Below are positions 1-11,695 of a DNA stretch of 64,000 nt, one piece after another. The notes below the pieces were generated by a model. It was not told the origin of the DNA and made no database searches. It saw only the letters and a list, made by a program, of their open reading frames with translations. The position numbers were made by a program, and so were the translations under genes. The DNA is taken from positions 39,100,788 through 39,164,787 of the forward strand of contig CM120640.1 in NCBI GenBank assembly GCA_051362555.1, in the 5' to 3' direction. Positions within the stretch are counted from its first letter, which is position 1. Every line of letters starts with the position of its first letter. Source of the stretch: Lingula anatina. Its lineage: Eukaryota; Animalia; Brachiopoda.

Positions 1-638
1 TTCTCAGACTGTTAGTTTGCGTAAAAGCATGAGGGTAGACTATTGGGCGCTAAATACTCCGTTAAACGATCACGTTTTCATATTTTGCTATAATGCCAAA
101 CTACAACTTTACCACACAGCCGTAATCACAGTATTTTCCAGATCATAATTTCATTTCTTTCTGACCGAGAGTTTCCTTGGAGAATATCGAAATATTTAAA
201 TTTTTTCTGGCAAAGATTTAAGTCATGTGGTGGTTAGCGATCACAAACATGACACCTTTTGATAAAAAAAACAAGTCGCTATTGTCTGAACAATTGCGTA
301 TACACAACCTAGTCTCCATGTAGTTTGCGTATAAAAAGAAAAGATTAAAAACAAGCACTTTTAATCAGGAAGCATAACATTTTAAGCTTTAGAGATAAAA
401 AAAATCCAAAAGTTGTTATGGGCTGATATAGCGTTATGGCGTCTGTACTACAGAGTTGAATTTAATCTTAATACCCCTTTCATAGTTTTCAATTTTATAC
501 TCAACTCCTCCAAGGCAAAGAGAGTAATAATCAACGAGACTAGGTTTCGAAAAGTGTCTGAACACTATTGCGTAGAGAAGAAACTCCAATCTGCGTGATA
601 CACCAGATGATACATGTATAATAAGCTGCACAGCTCAC

Positions 639-834
639 CTTGTGCCCTAGTAAGTACAGCTCCAGGATCGCATAGCCACGATTTCAGTTGCCTGCCACAG
701 TCCCTATAGTTAGTCCTGGGGTTTGGAACATTTTCTATTCTGTAAGACACGGCTGTAATTAAACCCACAAGAGACAATAAAACTAAGAGTTTTACTTCTA
801 GAGACCTGCTTCTCTCCATACTCGTAGACTCCAT
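639..834 (-). CDS. First coding exon of a secreted/membrane MOLO1 (TPM-domain)-like protein; gene continues off the left edge
   Basis: A hydrophobic signal-like stretch (KLLVLLSLVGLITAVS) is followed by VPNPRTNYRDCGRQLKSWLCDPGAVL, matching the PNP-x-CGR-x-S-x-CDP N-terminal motif I recall for MOLO-1/TPM proteins. Donor CAAG|gtgagc at 639/638; acceptor ttttatacag| at 961-962; possible upstream non-coding exon donor CCAG|gtaagc at 1178. The start could be ATG 834, 819 or a more upstream Met. Confidence 0.65.
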
Positions 835-3342
835 GCCCGATGTTGTTGTTTTGACCGCATTTGGAAGTCGCTCAACGAGAATATTCAGCATATGGTGAGT
901 AAGCTGAGCTATTTTTACCGGTTTAACGGCCTTAGGCCTATCCTTTGAAACTAGTTTCACCTGTATAAAACGAATGGATATGCACGATTCATTAACTCTT
1001 GGAAAGCTACTTATTTCAGTAGATGGAGGATTCGAGAAGACCCAGATAGTGAGTTGCGTGTATTAAGTGCATTAATAACTGAGTAATAAAAAGTAAGTAA
1101 AACAAGCTGCTGTTTTGATGGACTGGTCCGGAAGTTTAAACCAGGTCAGAATAAATTTGTGCCTTTATTAAGCTTACCTGGTAAAGTAAAATGCTTAGTG
1201 CAGGTTCTAGAAATTTAAGCCAGCGCTTGCTAGTTAAGCCTCACCTTGAAATCTGCAGCAGAAACTTTTATGAACGCCTGATGTTCTAGGCTCGTTCAGT
1301 GCATGAACCTAGATATCATACCTAACCATCATCATTATTATTATTATTATCGTGAAATACTATTTAATGATTCAGTTTACTAATATTTTTTCCTATATAC
1401 TAAACTGCAAATCTTAGATTACTGCTCAATTTAAAAGAACATCGAATTGAATTTAATCCTAATGTAAATATATGCATTTAAAACTGGAGACAAACTTAAT
1501 TCAGAAAACTTTGGGAGAAAAAAGTGTCTCATTTGGTTCTGTTGAGGGCAGCGTTATTTTTTTCCAAAGGGCCTTTTATGTGTCAGTGTGTTAGGTGTAG
1601 GGTTACTCACTTTCTTGTCGCCCCCGTTGAATGCCTCAAGTGTATTACAACGTATCTAACACAATGATTCCTCCTCCCACTTATTTGAGAAGGGCTATTG
1701 CTTAATAATCTTGTAATGATCTTCTCCCAATCTTGAGGATTATCATGACAACTGGCAGTACATAGAGATAAGCTAATACCAAAATATAAGCATAGAGTCT
1801 GTATATTTTTCGGAATTTGAAATTAATGAATTAAGCATTTGTTGGGATATCAATCTCTCTTGGATCATTAAAGGTAAAATATTGACGGTCGAGGTAGAAA
1901 ATCGGGTCTAACAGACTGAGTCATTACATGATTTGACTTCCTTTGTGCTCACATTATCTGTTCTACAGTGCTGCTTGTTTACTTTTTTACATGTATATGT
2001 AGCTACGTTACAAAACATTATGGTTGTCGCTGCATACCGGGTAGTGCCTTTGCCTCCTGTGCTTGTCGCAACTTCAAACACCTCTTCAGTATCACATGCA
2101 ATCTTTTTAGGTGAACTCGATACTGTAAAGATGTTTGTCAAGATACTTTTTTTTCAGCCACTCAGATTCTCGCGTGTGTATAAAAAATCGAACAGAAAGA
2201 ACATTATTTTGATTAGACCTAAGCGTCAGATTTCCGACGTTTATACTTTTTCGGTACAAAGAAAATGTAACTATTCAATTCTTCTGTTATGCGATGGCAC
2301 CTTGATCATGAAAGTGGCCTGTACACAATACTCATTTGGCATTATCAAAGCATCTAAATTTGCACCCTGTTTTTTTTTATGTTATGTGAAGGCACTCCTG
2401 GTGCATATAATAACGCGCCACTTAATCTGAGGAGCCCGACAGTTTAATACTTCCAGATTTGGTTTAACAAATTAATCAAAAAAGCGCTTCAACAGGGGCA
2501 ACTGTAACAGAATTAACAGCATGTTTGAGTGCCTACCACCGTACGACTACAAGAATGAACCAACAGAACTGCAGGCTGTTCTGCACTGCCAAACGTACCC
2601 CGATACGGAATCTACTATTTGTCATTTCATATCTCCTTGATACTGTGTACGGAGGACACACGACGTCCCTTGACTTTTGTATGTTGTATTTTTGTTTTTC
2701 TCTCTATTTTCATGTCCTTTTGAGGTCATTCGGAACTCGCTACCCTGGGACTGCTTATCTACTGTATCTGTCATTCTTTTTGGGTCATATCAGATTGGGA
2801 GCTACTCGTGACAGTGTTCCTTTGTGGATTTTTTTTGGCAGTGTGACAGTAATGAGCTGAACCATGCAAATAATAAGGTGACTCAGAATATACACACTGA
2901 CCCATGTCAAACACATCGTGCCAAAGTGACATTAAATTTTTGATACTACAATCTTACTGTTACAGCAATGCAATAGAATTACTTTTAAAGGGGGATATGT
3001 GGGGGGATCCATCGCGTTCGCCTTTGTGCAGAAAAATATCTTTGCTTCTAATAATTGCATTGGTTTATCAAGACTGATTTTTGTAAGGTAGCTAAGGAAA
3101 ATGTCTACGTAATCATTGACAACGATTTAGACTCAAAACAAAAAGCATCTCAATGTATTGCACTTTATATAAAATCTCGTTTGTATTAGTAATGAACAAA
3201 ATGATGATCAACAGTAGCAAAATAACGACATTATCGGTTAGATCTCTAAGTTTACGAACAATCTTCAAGTACAAAAATACGATTTAATGAATAGTAAAAA
3301 AAATGCCATTTTCAATCGCAGCGATCATGTTACTATCAATTT

Positions 3343-4599
3343 TTATGCCACTCCCATCGCAATCCCACGGTTATTTCTACGAGCAATTCGGAAGGGAACT
3401 TTTCGCTTAGTCTCTACAATCCTGTCCAGCATTTGTCCAATCCTAGTTGCTGTAGCTGACCAGCTGTACTTTTGAATGGCAAACTTGCGGTTGTCTTCTC
3501 CTGTTTTTCGAACTCTATCTCTGTTGCAAGCAAGTTTTTCGAACGCATTGCGGATGGCCTCAGCGTCACCAGGGGGGACTTTGCAGCCGTGCACGCCATC
3601 TTGAACGATCTCGTCCAGCCCACCGACAGAGGTCACTATCATGCAGCAGCCAGCGGCCATTGCTTCAATTGCAACGATTCCAAAAGGTTCATACAGAGAT
3701 GGCATTATCAAAATATCTGATGCTGCCATATACGTTGAAAGTTCATCTGGAGTTTTTTGTCCTAAAAATTCGAACTGAGTGTTTTCTTTGACTAGATATT
3801 CATAATCGCTTCCTTTATAGTTGCCGACCAGTCTAAATCTATGAGGTACTTTGGTTTTCTTCATAGCCTCAATAGCATATGGAATGCCTTTTTGAGTCGC
3901 AAAACGTCCAGCAAACAACACATTAATGGTATCGTGCCTAAAGCCAAGTTGTTTTTTCGATTCCTTTAAGTCTAATGATGCAAAGCGGTCAGTGTTTATT
4001 CCAGCTTTAATCAGTATCGGGTTTGTCGCTTTGCACGATTCCACTTCAGACACTGTTTGGTGCACCATGCAATCTGCGTTTTTGTTAATGGCTTCCTCTA
4101 CCTTCAGTCGGGTTGGCCCGATATCTGGCATGGGCTCACGCTCATACTTCTGACTCCCCAGGGAGTGGTGGACGTGAAGCTGAGGCAAGCCGAGGCGCAG
4201 GCCAACGTAACCGCTCAGCCAATAGTTTGTGAAGGCGCAGTCGAATTTTGATGTGTCTATTTGTGAAATGAAGTCATCTAGGTACGGGAACAGGAAGTCC
4301 CGGTTGATGTGCTCCTGAGGCCCAGATACAATGTACTGGCACCGGAGAGTTGGCGATAGCGTGACCACACCCACTTCTTCTGGCGATTCGCTTCGTGTAA
4401 ACCAGGTGACATCGAACCCCAGCTTGGACAACTGCTTGCCCACCTCACGAACATAGACGTTTTGACCTCCCTTGCCGTCAGAGCCGAGTTCCGAATCTGG
4501 TACCAAGGGATTGCCGTGCACCGAGATCATTGCCACGCGCTTTGGGCCCGTGCAGATCTCTGGCGCTATGCTGCTCGTGGTTGCTTCGTAAGCTGGCAT
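3343..4599 (-). CDS. GT4 (GT-B fold) glycosyltransferase, cyanobacterial sucrose-phosphate-synthase / MshA-like; copy 1 (418 aa, intronless CDS)
   Basis: Motifs ISVHGNP..GGQNVYVREVG..FTR, TNYWLS, HSLG, GRF..KG, PSLYEPFGIVAIEAMA, VGGL and YSW. The ATG at 4599 has a GCCATG context and lies 7 nt after a polypyrimidine/AG acceptor (ttccttcag| at 4607-4608). Confidence 0.9.
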   Translation of the reverse strand: MPAYEATTSSIAPEICTGPKRVAMISVHGNPLVPDSELGSDGKGGQNVYVREVGKQLSKLGFDVTWFTRSESPEEVGVVTLSPTLRCQYIVSGPQEHINRDFLFPYLDDFISQIDTSKFDCAFTNYWLSGYVGLRLGLPQLHVHHSLGSQKYEREPMPDIGPTRLKVEEAINKNADCMVHQTVSEVESCKATNPILIKAGINTDRFASLDLKESKKQLGFRHDTINVLFAGRFATQKGIPYAIEAMKKTKVPHRFRLVGNYKGSDYEYLVKENTQFEFLGQKTPDELSTYMAASDILIMPSLYEPFGIVAIEAMAAGCCMIVTSVGGLDEIVQDGVHGCKVPPGDAEAIRNAFEKLACNRDRVRKTGEDNRKFAIQKYSWSATATRIGQMLDRIVETKRKVPFRIARRNNRGIAMGVA

Positions 4600-4891
4600 G
4601 GCAAATCTGAAGGAAAGACAGAGAGAAACATAATAATAATTTGACAAAGCTAAAATAAACCCACCAGATAAAGACGGGATAAATTTATTTAAATATCAGT
4701 TAATCCTTATACGCTTATATATTAATTAAATATTTATACTTAATCATAAACTGTTGCCGTTCCGTTTTTTTAAAAACACGTTCTTTGCAACTGATAAAGC
4801 ACATGTCAACTTTCGACCTAGATAATGCTCTTTCAAAACTGCAGAGCTTAAACAGAAGTATGTCACAGATAAATAATCATAACAAACAAAC

Positions 4892-5096
4892 CTTTGCTAT
4901 TTCCTGGTTCCTTCGATTGTTTCCTTTTTATTATCTGTGTATTCTTCGTTTCTTTCTTCCGTTAAAAAACCGCTAAGTCGGTTACCAGTTGAGCTGCGCC
5001 TCCGCTTAAATAGTCCCGTATGAGGGTAATAAGCCGGGTCATTTTTCACCATTCCGTTCACACTAGCAGCATGCAGCTCACGGTAGGAAAATCCCC
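4892..5096 (-). promoter_or_regulatory. Putative promoter and non-coding first exon of GT copy 1 (TATA-like box, kappaB site)
   Basis: On the minus strand: TATTTAA at 5006-5012, GGGGATTTTCC (contains the consensus kB decamer GGGATTTTCC) at 5086-5096, and a candidate donor AAAG|gtttgt at 4892/4891. Confidence 0.4.
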
Positions 5097-6808
5097 AGCG
5101 TTTATGTTAACCGACTGTGTAACTTGATAATTTCCTCATCCATACCTCTCTCACGTGCAAGAGCATCACGTGTTACGTATTCTCGCAAGGGGCGTGCTGC
5201 ATCGACCTTGAGCCGTTGGGTAGTTTTTTATTAGAGCGATCGTTTACTTCAAACATCTGCATGAGATTGCTTCCAGATTACGCTCGAAGATTGGCTGAAT
5301 TAAGCTTGTTAAATTTTCCCTATATGTAATATTTTTAGAGGTACCACTGTTGAGTTATGATGAGTATCAAGGCAATTGGAGTTAAGTCTAGGGCTTGTTT
5401 TAAGACTGAATAAAATCAAGGTTAATGGTCCTTTAAGCTTTTTAAGTACAACTTAGACGAGTGAACTTTATTACTTAGATCAACATTCGACTTATATTAA
5501 GAGTGTGAAATGGGAACAAGGTCCCTCATCAGGAAATGCCACTGAAACAGTAAAAAAGAAAAAAGGCATATGACGTTTTCTTAGACCTATATGATAAATA
5601 CCCTTCTGAAATTAAAAGTTGAGATGGGATGAGTGATCATATAATAAGGTTCTCATGCAGGCTTCTCACGCGTGTATATCATGCATCCACCACCTGCCAT
5701 TGTCGTGGAAAGGAAAGAGCGTTCAGTTACATGTCAGCATCACACACCTGCCCATTTCGCTTGTTTCTCGTAACGTCTTTTTTGACGCAGTTTGGGCAGC
5801 CTTGGATTATTTATATTTGAGGCAATAAATATCCGACATTATTTACTACAGTGAAATGGGTTGTACTACGTGTAGTGCCTCCTATTGCTGTAAACACGCT
5901 GGTTTGACTATTAGTTAAGACAAGTTTATACTTTGCAGCTGTGGATATTTCCTTTACTACTTCTCTGAAAGCGCGGCAGATCTGCCGCTCTGTTAAAGTG
6001 GAGGTTTTCTATTTTTATCCAGGGAAATATGCCCTTCTTGTATGATGCAACTGTTCAATGGGCCAATTTCATGCATCGAGTATTTTAGAAAATCACACGA
6101 TTTTTGTATCGGATAAATTGATCCTGAAACTTTTTTTTTTGGTTTTAAAAATTCGCTCCTGTCCACGCCGTCCAGTCCACTGAATGATCAACGGAAAGTT
6201 AATAAGACGCGAGTATTGGGACTCCTCCCCCCCCCCCCCCCCCAAAAAAAAAAAAAAATCGTCCTACGTAGTTAGATCCAACTCCGCGGGGACTGTTGCT
6301 GAATGCAGTCAGATTAACAGATAAAAAACCCTCCTCCTGGCGTTGAGTAGAAGACGAGTACGTTGGAATCAAGAGGAAGCGTGTTAAATAGGTTGGTGCC
6401 ATACTCGTGTAAAAGGTCGATGTCTTATAGTACCTGATAACCTTAGTGAAATAACTAGATGTGGTAATGTTACGATTGGGGTTTAGACGACAGTGTTCAC
6501 CGAGGCAATATTAAAATACATGAAATTGTACTATAGTCATCATTTAAACTATGTATGTAGTTGTAACACTACCCGCCTTCTTTATCACAAGATCTATTTT
6601 TCCCATAAATGTTTTTGTAGGCAGTAATAGATGAAATAAAAGATTAAGGTAAACATGCGTGCTCGTTTGTACTTTTGCATATACGGATGGCTTATCTTTG
6701 CCTTCCAATTGATAATTTTGTCATCTCTTTTTTATGTTTACCTCATCAAATACCTCTACCATCTATATTTAAACATTTCTAGTCTGATTCTCACAACGGA
6801 GAAGTAGT

Positions 6809-6850
6809 TTTATTTTTATTTTATTTTATTTTATTTTATTTTATTTATTT
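6809..6850. repeat. (TTTTA)n microsatellite
   Basis: Directly visible pentanucleotide run. Confidence 0.9.
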
Positions 6851-7238
6851 TTTTGGTTAAGTTGCGCTAGATAAACCATTTATATTTAATTAAAGTTATT
6901 TTGATAGAATCTCCAGGATCCCAGTTGAAAAACAACTCCTGCACGCAGCCGTCCAGTGATTGCCGTTGCTCACTGCGCCAAGGTATAGAGAAATTCAGAT
7001 CTTTTGTTTGATAAAAAAAATCATCATTATGACACTTGTATTTTTGTTAATGTAAGTGAGATTTTCGTGCTTAAACACTGGTTTTAGTGTTCGTATCGCT
7101 ATCACCAAAACAAACCGGGTGCTTGTTGTGCGTGTGTTTATTCCAGTGATTAGCTCAGTCATGCTATGACCTAAAGCAAGGAAAACGCGAATATAAATAT
7201 AAACTTCATCCTCGAAATTCAAAACCGTTCGAATCTTT

Positions 7239-7640
7239 GTCTTCAAATTTAAATAAGATATAACATGTTAGTTAAGTACAGGTCGATTTCGAAATACATC
7301 TTAATCGGACCATTTTTCCAAAACATGGGCTGTTTTTTGTTTGTATTTTTTAGCCTAAATGCAGTACAAATAACATATTAAGAAGGAAAACTGGTTAACG
7401 TATTGTCTTCAAACTTACAAAACTGATGAATAGTGGTAAAATACAGGTCGAGATATAAAATTAGCTTAATAGGACCATTTAAAAATGCTGTTTTTTTTCA
7501 GCATATGTACAATACAGATAACACCTTAAGTAGAAAATAAGTGGATCTTTTGACTTCAAACTTACATGACTGATGGATATTACTAAAATACAGGTAGAGT
7601 TAAAAAGCAATATTACTGACGATTCTCAAACTTACAAAAA
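7239..7640. repeat. Degenerate tandem repeat, ~150-165 bp unit, ~2.5-3 copies
   Basis: Recurring motifs acaggtcga..cttaat.ggaccattt (~7278, ~7443, partial ~7590) and cttcaaacttaca..actgatg (~7407, ~7554, ~7625). Confidence 0.6.
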
Positions 7641-8159
7641 AGATTCATAGTTGGAAAACCAGCCTGATTGGGCATCTTTTTTGAAAGTAATGCATTATTT
7701 TGTGAAATGATCATTTTTCATATATTGGCATTTTTATTGTGGGACTTAGCATTCCTACGGGCACGAAGTTGTATAGCTGATACATTTTCTGAATGTCCAT
7801 GTTACCTTTAGTAGGTAATTAAAATTTGGTAGTGATTATACAGTTAACCATTATGTAAAATTGCATTAAAATTGACAAAAACCCTATTTTGTGCACTGCC
7901 ACAATTTGCAGTATAAAGGAAAACTGTATTATATATTATGCTCAAACCTACGGAGTGTTTCTCAGGAATAAACTACAACTTGAGTTGGAAAACTTTGCCC
8001 GATTAGATTCCCTTTTTCGAAATAATGCAGTGTTTTTGTGTAATGCTCATTTTTCACATTTTGAGATTTCCCGGGTACTAATTTGAACTCTCATGCGCTC
8101 AAAGGCAGTTTAAGCTTATTGTTTTACTATAATAGATCACAGCGACGTTGAGTGTTATA

Positions 8160-9125
8160 AAAAGACAATCGGGCGTTCTCTAAAATCAGGCTACTAAATG
8201 TTACATCAAATTTGATAATGGCATGCCTCAAATGTTGATTTTTCTTTAAAAAAAGAAAGAGAAAAATACTCAGTCATTGGCATTTAGCTTTATTTGCATG
8301 TTTTATTTTTCATATCATGGGCTGCGTGCTATTTTGTCGCTAAAGCTTTGCCAAAGGAAGTATGACACAAATTTGTGCAAAATTGTTTGTAAATAAAAAC
8401 TTTTGCTGACTCATTGCATCATAATTTTTAGGATGATGAGTCGTATCGAATATTTGATACATACCTTTTATCCCTTAGGTCATAACATTTATAACAGGCA
8501 AAAATTTGTTACATTGTTAGTATAGTAGGGTTATATAATAAATGCGACCTTGTTTGGCCAAATATCGAACAACCAATATTCTTTGTTCCCTTCTTTCTTG
8601 TTGTGAATGGAATTATGAAAGTTTGTGGTGCACTAGGAAGGAGGAGACATAAAAACACGTGGCTTTTAAGTGACTGGCGTTTGGGTATTGTCCAGCAGCA
8701 TGCACCGTTCACGTGCACGTGTATTATAAATGACTCAATAATGAGTAGTCTGGTTAATATATAATAGGTAACTCTGTCGAAGACAATCGGGCGTCCTCCG
8801 TCAAAATCAGGATTCTTGGTGTTATTTTCAAATTCGATTAAGACATACCTTTATATATATTCACTTAATGTATCGTCTCGGAAAAAATAAGTTACAGAAA
8901 AAGATTCACTAACTGATATTTAGCAGAATTTGCATGTTTGTAATTAGATTCTATATTTTTTATATTATTTGCGGCACGCTATTTGTCTCTATAACTTTTC
9001 CATCGGAAGTATGAGAAAATTCGTAAGTAAAACACGTGCTTTTTAAGTGACTTGTGCCTGACCATCGTCCGGCAGCATGGACTGTTCACGTGTGCTATAA
9101 AACCTGAAATGACTCAATAATGATG
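8160..9125. repeat. Degenerate direct duplication (8160-8750 vs 8780-9125)
   Basis: aagacaatcgggcgt..aaaatcagg occurs at ~8162 and ~8780; aaacacgtg.ttttaagtgact..cagcatg..gttcacgtg..aaatgactcaataatga occurs at ~8663 and ~9030. Confidence 0.7.
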
Positions 9126-10211
9126 GCCCATAAATCTTAACTTTATTGTTGTAATTTGGACACGGTCAGCCGGTTTAACGACAGGTGAAATTTATCTTGG
9201 CACTGTCAGCGAAACATGATAAATCTGCCTATTAATCTAGCAGTATCATTGTTGCACGGGTGAGAAGTTAAGATATACAGTGGTGTGTGTTTTTCCTAGG
9301 GTTGAATGCCCTTTTTACTCAATGCGGCTTTATATGCAAAGAGCTAATGTGCACTAACTCCACGGGGAATCTTGCTTAATGCAATCAGATAAACAGATTT
9401 ACACGCCCCCCTTGTTTCCAACGAATCGTATAATCACCAGCTCTCTTTATTCTACTCAAGGCCATGAGTTTGTCTGATTTCATCCAGCGAGAGTCCCCTT
9501 GGAGCTATTGTGCATTAGCTAGGCCGAAAATTCACTCATAGTGAATGGTCCCATAGAGGGGTGTTACCAAATAAAATCCATTTTATCAACTCTATCCAGT
9601 TAAATACAGTGGGTCAACATGACGTTTTCAGAACCGTTTTCTAACTGATGAATTTATAAGAAACACGTTTTCCAAGAGTGTTTTTAGAAAAAATAAATTA
9701 AAAATATAAAGTCATCACAATTTCTTGTGTGCATCAATTTATTTATTTATTATTTTTTGTAACGTTATACAAAATCAGTAAATAGTATGTGAAGCTTTCA
9801 TAACAAATTTTGTCCAACCGTTTAATATTTCAGTGATGTATATATATAACTAGAATCTGTTTAATAATTGAATCTTTTGTTCTGTTGCCTCTTTTTGAAC
9901 AGCATTTTACTTATTTATTGTATATATACATGTATGTCAAACACTTGCATCCGAAAGGAGAGTAGAAATAATGGTGTATCCGACAATTATCGAGCACTGC
10001 TGCTCGAACAAGGAGGGTTGGATGTGTAGACCGCATGCATACATGCACGCCAGGAAAACTCTTTCAAATGTTATTGACTAAAATAACATTAGGCCTACCA
10101 TTGGGTAAAATATTTGAATTAATTGAAGAAAAAAAATACTGATTGTTAGTCTGAGTTTAAGCAGAACACCAAATCCAAATATACAGTGCAAATTATGGGT
10201 GCATACAGTCC

Positions 10212-10216
<5 letters not shown>

Positions 10217-10255
<39 letters not shown>
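10217..10255. repeat. (TA)n microsatellite in the 3' region of GT copy 2
   Basis: Directly visible. Confidence 0.9.
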
Positions 10256-10258
<3 letters not shown>

Positions 10259-10373
10259 CTTCACTCATTAAGTAATTCACAATTCAAGCGGCTCGTGTGA
10301 ATTATATCAGTGTGCAACGTCAGGACTATGTACAATTTTGGCAGAAAAATGGAATGTTCGTTTTGGTCGGAAT

Positions 10374-11695
10374 TTAACCAACGTACGATCTCTTGGACGC
10401 AAGCCCGACGTCGGTTAAGTCTGCTGAAGCACCCTTATTGTGTGCAGGTTGGACAGCTGGTGTGAAAATTCTGTTGGCTGGAACAGGGTTGCAATAGACA
10501 ATTCTTTCTAACTGCTGGCGTATTTTGATTGCTGTCCCCTTCCAACTGTAGGCTGACATGGCGTTGACGTGTGCGTTTTCAGAAAGCCGACGTCTGAGGT
10601 CGGGCGACGCTGCCAATCGTTCGAACGCCACGCGAATGGCGTTAGCATCTCCAGGGGGTATCTTGAGTCCTGTGACGCCCTCTTCCACGATTTCATCCAA
10701 ACCACCAGTAGCAGACACAATCAAAGAGCATTTGCTGGCCATTCCCTCGATAGCAACGATTCCAAAAGGCTCGTACAAGGAAGGCATGATTAAAATATCA
10801 GAGGCCACCATGTATAGCGCCAGCATTTCTGGAGGTTGTTGGCCAACAAAATCAAACTGTGGATTTTCAGCCACCAAATGTTCAAATTCACTCCCCTTAT
10901 AGTTACCAATCAGACGAAATTTGAAAGGGACATCTGTTGATTTCATTGCTTCAATAACGTACGGAACACCTTTCTGCGAGGCAAAACGTCCAGCAAACAA
11001 TACGTTGATGGTGCTCTCGTCAAAACCCAGTTCCTGTCGAGCAGCGGTTGGGTCGCACTGTTCATATCTATCCGTGTTGATACCAGCTTTAATTAAAACT
11101 GGATTTGTCGATTCGCACAGTTTGATCTCAGAATCTGTCTGATGTACCATACAGGCGACATACTTGTTGAGGAGTTTTTCTACGGTCAGGCGAGTTGGGC
11201 CGATTTCGGGCATTTCCAGTCGCTCATATTTCAATTGTCCAAGGGAGTGGTGCACGTGCAACTGGGGTCGTCCAAGACGCAGGCCAACGTAGCCACTTAA
11301 CCAGTAATTGGTGAATACGCAATCAAACTTGGAGGCATCGATCTGTGCGATGAAGCAGTCGAGATGGGTGAAGAGGAAGTCCCTGTTGATGTGTTCCTGA
11401 GGCCCAGCAACAATGTACTGGCATCTGAGGGTAGGTGATATGTCAATCACACCCACCTGGTCCGGAGCTTCGCTTCGGGTGAACCAAGTGATGTCGCAGT
11501 TGAGTTTGGCAAGCTCTTTCCCCACTTCTCTCACGTAGACATTTTGTCCACCTTTGCCATCAGAACCCAGTTCTGAATTCGGAACCAAAGGATCCCCGTG
11601 CACAGATATCATGGCAACCTTCAGTGGGATCCCCCCAGCGTTCTCCATATGTGGAGGGGGTGTTTCCACCGTGAACCCCGGCGTTCGGACACCAT
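10374..11695 (-). CDS. GT4 glycosyltransferase, SPS/MshA-like; copy 2, main coding exon (443 aa when spliced to micro-exon 16666-16675)
   Basis: Same motifs as copy 1 (ISVHGDP, GGQNVYVREVG, TNYWLS, HSLG, GRFASQKG, YEPFGIVAIE). Acceptor ttttcactccag| at 11696-11697; the reading frame is open up to the acceptor in phase 1. An alternative internal ATG is at 11648. Confidence 0.9.

Noticed and set aside
1908-2860. ORFs of 77-165 aa between the MOLO1-like gene and GT copy 1
   Set aside because: They have no recognisable domain, mostly non-ATG starts, and low-complexity hydrophobic translations typical of AT-rich non-coding DNA.
3343-11695. Bacterial contaminant contig as the explanation for the GT genes
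   Set aside because: There is no operon context or Shine-Dalgarno-style organisation. The genes are separated by AT-rich, microsatellite-bearing DNA, have spliceosomal acceptors immediately 5', and are contiguous with metazoan multi-exon genes. Read-level confirmation is still needed.
11621-11695. Out-of-frame uORF (ATG at 11695) overlapping the GT copy 2 start
   Set aside because: It is better explained as the AT of a split GAT codon after splicing from the exon at 16666-16675. It would only matter if the upstream exon were non-coding.
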